Source of the DNA: Paraphysomonas bandaiensis
Taxonomy: Eukaryota > Protista > Chrysophyceae
Assembly: GCA_965644295.1 (NCBI GenBank)
Contig: CBFFRP010000210.1
Location: 130,328 to 194,327, forward strand
Length of the DNA stretch: 64,000 bases
Direction of reading: 5' to 3'
Shown piece by piece: positions 51,521 through 60,800 of the stretch; the stretch's first letter is position 1; each line of letters opens with the position of its first letter. The notes beneath the pieces were generated by a model. The model ran no database searches. It saw only the letters and a list, made by a program, of their open reading frames with translations, and had not been told where the DNA came from. The position numbers and the translations under genes were made by a program.

Positions 51521-52162
51521 ACACGGATCGCATATGTAGGCATGCTTTGCAGCTGTATGCTGTTCCAATGCATTGCGTGATAGTGTTTCCATGTGATTGT
51601 AAGGGATATTCAGAGAATAATCTCAAGAATCCATATATGGATATGTGTTATATATATGTATGTCTCTTGCTCCCCGTGCATTTAGAGGATACCCACCCAC
51701 ACAACGATAGCGAAATATACGCATATGCTGGAAAACCCAGAGATTTTAGACACATGTTTGGACTAAAAATAACATTTTTCTCGATTTTTTTCAGCAGTTT
51801 GGACAATCGTGAGGAGCGAAGTCCAGACACCTCAACAATGTTGGAGTGTCAATCTCATGATCAGATTCCTCATATACAAGTTGAATTACCTCAATCACAT
51901 CACGCTTATACAGTATGCCTACAGTAGATCTCTACGCTTATACAGTATGTGTACAGTATATTAATAGGGACTCTATATGCCACCCACAACACAGTCATTC
52001 ACTGTACATAGCATCAGATAAATTTCAATTCTTAGATCTTCATATAGATACAGTCTTTAGTCTGATAGTCTGAGAATCACATACAGATAAGTTAACACTG
52101 TTATCATCTCTGTTTCTATCATCTCTCTCTATTCCCTCTTGTGATCTTGTCCCCTATGTCCT

Positions 52163-52420
52163 CTACTGCTTGATTGATAGACTGTGTGCACTTGTATATG
52201 TCACATTAGTTGCTGTATACAGGCTGTGTGCTACCTGAGAGTATCTTTTCTCTCTGAGACCTTCCTTTAGTCGAGTGAGCTTGTCACCTTCCGTGAAATC
52301 ACAACCTAGATTCTCTAAAACCGTGGTCTGGGTTTCAACGCTGTCGACGAACTCTGCTCCTGACTGACTTGAGGTAATCTTCATTAAATTGAACTTTGTG
52401 ACCTCTACCTGTACTGTATA
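52163..52420 (-). pseudogene. Copia-type gag fragment
   Basis: KFNLMKITSSQSGAEFVD...DKLTRLKEGL resembles the fragment at 32668-33099. Confidence 0.55.
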
Positions 52421-53759
52421 CTTTTCAATATAAGAAATCCCTCTTCCAGAGAGCTGTTGTGTGCCTGCTTTTGGATGAGCATTGCACACTTCAATGATGA
52501 AGGAGTACGCGATCCGTTCCGGGTGTGCCAGAGTTTCTTCGCTTTGCGTAATCGTCTCTCCTGTGCATCAATCATTTGGGCTCCCGCTGGAACTAAATTA
52601 AGAAATCTAATATTGAAACTAGTATCATACTATATAACGCTACGAGTACTGTTTGTGCGTCGCCACATACACCAAGGTGCAATCATATAGTCGATGTGAC
52701 CGCTAAACCTGATGACATTTTGATAAAGTTGCTTAAATTGAGTTTATGATGCGTTTTACAATAATTAATGTGGTAGATGTGAAGAGAATACATGTTTTAA
52801 AGGCATATTATTTCTAAATCAAATGTAAAATGGAACGGTTACGATATATACATAATATATGTATACTATTGTACTATGTAATTGAAGTAAAGTTCTATCG
52901 GTAAATTAAAAATACTTGCAATCGATAATCAAGTGAGTTTCTGGCACGCTTACCTGCAATAATAGATGCAGAATCAATTGCACTAGTGTCTATCCACTCC
53001 TGATAGTATAGAAATATATGACGAATAATAATACAAAAACACCACACAACATACCAGATTGAATATGTAATAACCAGCTATCAGGTTATTCTATTCTACA
53101 AGCTCTCTATTGTATATGCTTAAGTTTGTACATACTATCTGTGCAAACATAGATTGAATATTATTATTATTACCATAACTCACACTGAGATATATGATGT
53201 ATTATGACTATGACAATTCATGCTTATTATTGATATTTACATAATCATTCAAAAGACAAAGAGAGACATGATTATCAATAATGAGACATAATGATGATAC
53301 TGATGATGGATGATATATATATATGTTCTTATTATATATATATATTGACTTTAAGGCTGGAGAAGTTTACTGGAGAATTCCGGGTTTGATATCCACGCTG
53401 ATAGATGTGTATTGCCAGATTATCCAGTAATACAGTTATACATTACGTATTTCCTTCAGTGCTTATTGGGGATTGATTGTACTAAGGAGTACGAATACCA
53501 GGCTTCAACTACAAAGAGAATACTGAATGTATCTTCCCTTATACAGTTGTGATGAGTTATTATGATCAACTGTGTTAGACTGATGTGTTTGGTATTGAAT
53601 ATGAATGATGTTCATTCCATTGATCACGGAATCGTAGGTAGACATATTTATATTATTGATAATAAGATGCAATTTCCTTACTCTTGAAATTGCTGGTAGA
53701 TAGCATTGTAGTTGTAGACATATATTTGTTCATTGTGATTTGATTATATTGTTATTATT

Positions 53760-56700
53760 ATGGAGGAGGAGACTCTTGATAGCGCACAAGAGTCTACTAA
53801 ATTCGAGTCAGTGAGAAGGACCCTCAGGCTTATGCTTGGAGGGTTAGACCCTTCCATTGCCAATGCCAGTGAGGATCAAATCCGGGATATAGGCTTGGCA
53901 TTTGGGTTGTCTGAGATCGAATCAGAGACGTTGGTGTCTCAATTTTTTAAGGAAATTTCATCTCTCAATAAACAAAGTGACGACTTTAGAGAGACAGAAA
54001 CTCATGAAGCAGACAGTCAAGCAACGACTGTTCCAGAACTGGTGGATCGTCTTAGTAGTCCGGAGGAGGTACCCTTGTCAGCCCGAAAACCTCTCGCATT
54101 CGGTAAGGACGCTATTCAACCATTGAGGGCTCAGGATGATTTTTGTTCGTTTGATGCAGATGCGACAGGAGATAGTCCATTGCATATGGACCCCTTGCCA
54201 TTCAAGGAACAAAGTAACAAGGAGGCTGAGGCAAAGGAGTGTCATTATACACCCTTACCTCACGCAGGGGATGAGGCACACAATGTGCTACATTCCACCT
54301 CTGGATTGCAAGGTGTATATAACACCAGCAGACCAGACCAACTAGGTAGAGATGCGGATAGGTGTCAAATCTGTCAGCGACTCACAGATCCCAAGCGTCT
54401 CACCGCAGGAGGAATATGTTATTATTGCTCGGAAAATCAATGTATCGATTGTAAGGACCAGGTAAATTCAATGGAAATTCAGGGTGGTCTATGTTATCGA
54501 TGCCGAGTAAGAAGGGGGATACTCAGATCAAAGAGACCCACCACAGACACATTAGAGAAGTGCATAATATTGGGCCATAGAAGATTGCGTCCTCGGCCAG
54601 ACCTAAACGAGGACACATATATGGAGCATTTGTACCTGGATCGTGGGGCTAGAGACCCTATGGACCTAAAGATTTCTCTTAACATCCTGCAACAGTACGC
54701 AGATCGACGGAGGGTACATACCACCAGATGGTCAAGACAGCGATACACCGCTCATATAGCAGAGCCACTGCAGCATTGGGAGCAGCAGATTTACATGGCT
54801 TGTACAGCTACTGAGGTCACTGATCGTTTACAGGACCACTTTTTTGAGCAAATGAAAATAGCAAGAGAGAGTTCTGCGGAAGATATTTCTCAGCTTGCCC
54901 AACTAGTCTTAAATCGAGGAAACGGCTTGCAATTACCATCAAATGTTCGCGAGTGGTTAAGTAGGCTGACAGTTCTTGACAATGTACATGAGTTAGTGGC
55001 TGAAGAGCACATTTACGAAACAGCGGAATTGTGTATGGTGCTGAACCAATACCTTGATATAAGAGACATGGCTGAAACTATGTGGGAGGAGGCCGATAGC
55101 CAACTAATGATGCGCTGCAACCTCCTCAGCAAACAACTCAGTCAGCAAAATAAAAAATTTGGATCTTGGGAAGAGAGGACCGTTGACTCTGACGATGAGT
55201 CATACCACTCCTTCGTCAGCAATGGTAGTCGGGGTTCCTTTGTCAGCAGAGGAAGTCGGTCAGCGGATACCAGATCAAGTACATCCCGAGTGTTGAGTTC
55301 TAGGGGTTCAAGATCGAATTCCCGTATTTATCCAACTGAAGATGGCAGACTGCTAGACGCACAAGCATTCGGGTGTCACCTTCAACAAATTGGAGAGCAA
55401 CACTGGTCACTGCTCTGTAACCAAATGCGATCGTCTAGAGCCATGCGGTTAATGTCTAAAGCATTGCCCAAAGCTACTCCATGGAGAAGAGAAGTCAAGG
55501 AGCCTACTCTCTACATGAAGACTGATGACAAGATGCGTCTAGAGAAAGATCATTCTAATCGATACCCCATTGAAAGAGGACTCCGTTTTGCTGTCCAGAA
55601 GGCACGTCAGGCCAAGATGGGGCTGAAAGATTTGGTCATACAGACAAAGAATGGTTGGTGTTTTAAGGGCGGCTTTAAAGAGGAACTGCAACGGTTGTCT
55701 TTGAATCGTGTGCCAGAGATATGGGATGACCAGGAGGATAGCCAATTAGCCACTGAATATGAATTTTGGATGCGTCGTTGGGTGCATTTCTGCCATTGGG
55801 CTATCCGTAATTATTGTCCCGTACAGACCAATGAACAGCGTGCCAAACAGATTGAGGACTGGGCTGCTCCTGATCTCGCTACGCCTACAGCAGTTATGCA
55901 ACTATATTATGAACTAAAAGAGGTAGTTGAACATAATACGCCGGATCGCCAGACGGCACAGGTGATGGAAGAATCTATGCGCCGAGTGGTAGGAAAAGAG
56001 CCTGTTTGGGGTAAATCGTTGGTTGCAGCGTACGACAATAAGATCACAAAAATTGAAAGGGCGAAGTCGACTGAAAATTGGAGTCTATCATGGGAGGAGG
56101 TAGAATCAATCTGGCGAGAGATTCAGGAAGAATTCCAGCAGGGAACGCTGCTATACATTATACGTCCTGATGTCCAATCTAGTAAACAACCAGACACAAC
56201 TAAGGGTGAGGGAGGCTTACGACGACATCACAAAGTTCATGCCGGCATACGCGAGGAACCCAAACCATCTCTCACACCGATTGAGATTGCGAAGCTTACA
56301 TGTTCACGATGTGGCCTTCGACATAGTATTAACAACGCTCAATGCCGACGCATCACGAATGGGAAATTTGACCCACTTGGATTTGTGTCTGAGACACCAC
56401 GTAACATTGAAAGGAATCGAATATACAATTTTTGGTTGTCCAGATTGAATAAGTATAGCCAACCTTGGTCTCAGTTGCCTACGGCTCAGAAGGAGGAATT
56501 TCAGGCAGCATTTCGGGATTTGACTAGCCGGTGGGATGGAGGGAGTGCTTTGCATACGACATTCATTGGTGGCGAACGGAAGAAATCCAATTCCATAGCA
56601 TCAAGTGTTTCTAGTACACCACAAGTACATTGGGCGGATAGTGATGATGACTCTTCTTTCTCTACACTGGATGACTCTATACCTGCTCACAGTACAGACT

Positions 56701-57830
56701 CACTTTCCGGTTCACGATCTACTAAGTCAAAATCAAAACCCAAACGAAAGGTTCATGCTGCACAAAAAGTTCGATACTTAGTGCACACTGTGACACCTAG
56801 GGATGAATCTCAAGATACATTATCCATGTTTCGTGTTCTATATGATACAGTTGATGAAACTGGTAAACCAGTACAGAGAGTCGGTTGGCACCAGGTGGAT
56901 CATGGCCCTATGGAGTCCTTGATCGACGAAGAGTGTGCAGCCCTCTTGAATCTTAAGCGAGTACGAATCCCAAAGAGAGACCGGTACATTATTCGGGGAA
57001 TAGGTTCACAGGATATCGCTGTGAGTTGGAGAGCTTGTCTTACCTACACTGTTACTGCACAACGGGTCTTACCTGTGGCAGTGTTGCCGGGAGAGGCACC
57101 ACTTTTGAACAATGCAAAAGAACAAGTTCAGTTGAAAGCATGGATACCAATTATCCCGAATTGTTCCATGAATGTAATCTTTGGAGGGCATGCATTACGA
57201 CGTATCAAAATGATTGACTTGTTTGATCATAAACTGCTGTTGTTCCAAACTAATGGTATTCAGTATGCAATGCCTCAATTCAACTGGAATGAGACTGTTA
57301 CGCAAATGGCATCAGCTCAGGACCCTGTGGTACAGAAATGTGTTGCACGCCATCTCCGTGAAAACAAACCTCAACCTCACAAGGCTGCAGTCTGCATATC
57401 GAAACATATCCCACCGCATTCTAAGATGCGGATTCCTGTTCAAGTGGGCAAGGGTGCTCCGTTAGGTGGATGGATACAGACTCAGCCAGAGGTTGCAAGG
57501 ATTAATTCAGGTGATGATGCTAATGAGCCCGTCTTACAATTTGAAGATGCTATTTGTACGGCGAACAGACCTTATATATGGGCTTCTAATCATACCGATG
57601 ATTGGATCCATCTACCGGGTAGACCGCGTTTAGTTGTACGACTTCAACCCATATTATTGGGGATGCAGGTTCATAATCAGGAGACGGTGGAATCTGCTAT
57701 GAAAGGCAGTGTCGAGACGGAGGATACCACTATCATGCCTACTGATGACAAATTCCAGCATTCAGATATTTCTATGTTATCTGAAGAGAATCACGAAAAT
57801 GTCACTAGGCTGGTGTCCTCATCGAAATGA
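53760..57830 (+). CDS. Gag-protease polyprotein (1356 aa)
   Basis: Starts inside the 5' LTR. It has a four-CxxC cluster, a knuckle-like CSRCGLRH..C and a retropepsin-like region (QVDHGPMESLID...IRGIG...VIFGGHAL). Confidence 0.8.
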   Translation: MEEETLDSAQESTKFESVRRTLRLMLGGLDPSIANASEDQIRDIGLAFGLSEIESETLVSQFFKEISSLNKQSDDFRETETHEADSQATTVPELVDRLSSPEEVPLSARKPLAFGKDAIQPLRAQDDFCSFDADATGDSPLHMDPLPFKEQSNKEAEAKECHYTPLPHAGDEAHNVLHSTSGLQGVYNTSRPDQLGRDADRCQICQRLTDPKRLTAGGICYYCSENQCIDCKDQVNSMEIQGGLCYRCRVRRGILRSKRPTTDTLEKCIILGHRRLRPRPDLNEDTYMEHLYLDRGARDPMDLKISLNILQQYADRRRVHTTRWSRQRYTAHIAEPLQHWEQQIYMACTATEVTDRLQDHFFEQMKIARESSAEDISQLAQLVLNRGNGLQLPSNVREWLSRLTVLDNVHELVAEEHIYETAELCMVLNQYLDIRDMAETMWEEADSQLMMRCNLLSKQLSQQNKKFGSWEERTVDSDDESYHSFVSNGSRGSFVSRGSRSADTRSSTSRVLSSRGSRSNSRIYPTEDGRLLDAQAFGCHLQQIGEQHWSLLCNQMRSSRAMRLMSKALPKATPWRREVKEPTLYMKTDDKMRLEKDHSNRYPIERGLRFAVQKARQAKMGLKDLVIQTKNGWCFKGGFKEELQRLSLNRVPEIWDDQEDSQLATEYEFWMRRWVHFCHWAIRNYCPVQTNEQRAKQIEDWAAPDLATPTAVMQLYYELKEVVEHNTPDRQTAQVMEESMRRVVGKEPVWGKSLVAAYDNKITKIERAKSTENWSLSWEEVESIWREIQEEFQQGTLLYIIRPDVQSSKQPDTTKGEGGLRRHHKVHAGIREEPKPSLTPIEIAKLTCSRCGLRHSINNAQCRRITNGKFDPLGFVSETPRNIERNRIYNFWLSRLNKYSQPWSQLPTAQKEEFQAAFRDLTSRWDGGSALHTTFIGGERKKSNSIASSVSSTPQVHWADSDDDSSFSTLDDSIPAHSTDSLSGSRSTKSKSKPKRKVHAAQKVRYLVHTVTPRDESQDTLSMFRVLYDTVDETGKPVQRVGWHQVDHGPMESLIDEECAALLNLKRVRIPKRDRYIIRGIGSQDIAVSWRACLTYTVTAQRVLPVAVLPGEAPLLNNAKEQVQLKAWIPIIPNCSMNVIFGGHALRRIKMIDLFDHKLLLFQTNGIQYAMPQFNWNETVTQMASAQDPVVQKCVARHLRENKPQPHKAAVCISKHIPPHSKMRIPVQVGKGAPLGGWIQTQPEVARINSGDDANEPVLQFEDAICTANRPYIWASNHTDDWIHLPGRPRLVVRLQPILLGMQVHNQETVESAMKGSVETEDTTIMPTDDKFQHSDISMLSEENHENVTRLVSSSK

Positions 57831-60800
57831 GTTGACGGCAAAGAGGTGAATCGGCCACCTCCGGAGCCACCGCCTGTTAACATAGCCGATACGACTTCGG
57901 ATTGTCCACGACCGGAGTCATTCCCTGTGGAATTATGGAATTTAGTGGATTTGTGTCAGCGAAATTCAGTTCAACCACGATTTGACAAGTACACTCCTGA
58001 CCGTCTTCAAGAGTGTATTGAACTGATTTTAACTAAGCTGGATATATATAAGGATGATGAAGCAGTCTCGTTGCAAGGGGAGATTTCTATCGACGCGGAT
58101 ACTATAGCTTCACATCATAATGAACGTGATTATTTTTTGGCTCAAGCTTTGGCCAATATTGATGTTTTCTGTTTTCCTGATCCCGATAACCCTCCACGGA
58201 TTAAGGATTATAAAGTGAGTATTGAAACTACTGATGAAGTTCCGGTTCGGGCGCGACCTCGGAAATATTCTTTATTGCAACAAGCATTTTTAGAGGCTAA
58301 AACTGGTATGATGCTTCGTCAGAAAAAGCTTCAACCCTCAAACAGTGATTGGAGCCATGGTTTAGTTCTGGTTCCTTATCATGACCGTATTCAGAAATTT
58401 TTAGATAAATGGGGAGACACGGCACATTTAGAAATCTTCAAAAAGGTTAACTGGCCTGAAGTGGCCACATTTTTTCGGATGTGTTCAGATGTCCGATCGC
58501 TCAATCAGAAAACTAAGGTAGATATTTTTCCACTTCCCAGGATTGATGACTTGCTAGATAGCATTCCTGTGGGAACTGACCGGTTTTCAGCGGGCGATAT
58601 TGCTGATGCATTTTTCTGTGTGGAGCTTGACGCTGATAGTCGATTTAAAACGGCATTCCGCACTCATAACGCTCATTTACAGTATACGGTGATGTTACAA
58701 GGCTGGGTCAATGCACCTTCACACTTTAGTAGAGTCATTGCCCAGACTTTTGAAGACATGGATCGGTTTCAAGTCTCTGCATACCTGGACGATGTGCTTA
58801 ACCATACTGGGGGTTTTCGTGCACATTTCCTGACACAGCAGTCCATATACGATAGACTTCGAAATCGTCATCTTACATTTAAAATTGAAAAGACTCATAT
58901 TAATTATCGGGAGCTGCGGTTCCTTGGACATATTCTGTCCAGAAACGGCCGATGCCCTGATCCGAAGAAGGTTGAGGCGATTACAAATCTTGCAGACCCA
59001 GAGGACGTTACGGCTGTTCGATGTTTTTTAGGAAGTACTTCATTCTATCGTCAGTATATTCCTCAATACGCAGACGTTGCGTTGCCTCTGTATGACTTGA
59101 CGAAGAAAAATGTCAACGTGAAGAAACTCTGGCGCCCAGAGATACACGGCCATGCCATGGAGAGGCTTAAAGAGGCGCTGCGGAAGGCTCCTGTGCTTCG
59201 TTACATTGATAATTCTAAACCGTTTGTCATTCACCTGGATGCTTCCAAGACAAAGCGTGGTATCGGTGGGGTTCTCATGCAGCATGATGACGCAGGGCAG
59301 CTCCATCCGGTGGAATATTTCAGTCGTAAGTTAACTCCTGCTGAACGAAATTACTCGGCCACGGATTTGGAATGTAAGGCCCTCAGGGATGTTATTCTCC
59401 ATTGGCATATTTATCTGAGTAGTGGTCGTAAATTTGAAGTCCACTCTGACCACAATTGCCTGAAATATATGGTCCATTCAGTGACTGCAACACTTAATCC
59501 ACGATTGCTGGGATACCTCATGGATCTTCAATCATATCGTTTTGCTTTACATTACAAAAAAGGGGTGGAAAATGTAGTTGCTGATATGTTAAGTCGCCTT
59601 TGGCAAATAGGGGATGTACCGCCAGCTACTAGGGAGGAGCTCTCCGATCATCTCGGGCCGGTGGTTGATAATGAGGATCCAGACCTCATCCGATCATGGG
59701 GGGCTGCAAAACGACAGTTGAGTAAATTGAAACGCCAAGCGGTTGTGGAGGCGCAAACTATTAAGAAAACTCATACTTGCTCTAGCAAATTTGAGGTTCA
59801 AATCTGTAATTGTGATGCGCTGGATTTGGATTTGTTGTCTTCTTTGCCTGATGTCAAGGAAGGGGGAGTATTAGGGGAAAGTTCAGAATTAGAAAATTCT
59901 GCAGTTAGATTTAAAGTTGCTGGCTCTACATTAAAAAGAAGGAAGCAGCTTTGTATCGATGTAGAACAATATAGTTGCCAAGTCGAGAATCTACTTAAAG
60001 AATTGAATATCACGGAAGTTCAGGAAACTGGTGAGTCAAGGATGAAATTCAGCAATTCGGGACAGAATATACAACATGCAACTGCACACACGAACCGAAC
60101 TAGCTTTCATCCATCTCGAACAAACTATATGGATAATCCAGATGAGTCAGAAGATATGAAGTTAATTCGAGAACGACGAATTTCTGGTTACAATCAATGT
60201 ACTATTCTTCCATCGACAAAGCTAAGAGCAGGATGGGGACTTTTTGCCACCAAACAGATCTGTCCAAATGTTGAGATTTGTGATTATGTGGGTCCGGTTG
60301 TATCTGAAGGAGTGGATCAATTAAGCTCCAATTATGGGATGCAGATGATTGCTGGAGCACATCGTAAGATTGTTATTGATGGATGGGAACCTGGTTCAAG
60401 CTTAGGTCGATATGCGAATGATGGGATATCCAAACAATTGATTAATGCGAAATTGATATGGAAAAAATCTAAAGGAGTTTTGATGGCTCTTAGAGAGATC
60501 TTGCCTGGGGATGAAATATTTTTTGACTATGGTAAAGAATTTTGGAGTACTAGAAGTGATCAACTTAGTCCAGAAGATAATCAAATTCTGAATTTAGATG
60601 GATCTCGACGGAAGACTACCGTGTCTTTTAAAGATGAATTTGAGTTAATTGTGTACGATCAAAAACGGAAAGTTCAGGAGAAACTATATTCCAAAATCTT
60701 TAAGTACAGCGATGAAGAAAATTCCAGAATACAGGAACTTGTTGAGATGGAGGAACGAAATACTAGGAATTTCGAGAGAACTCTCCGATATCTAGAAACC

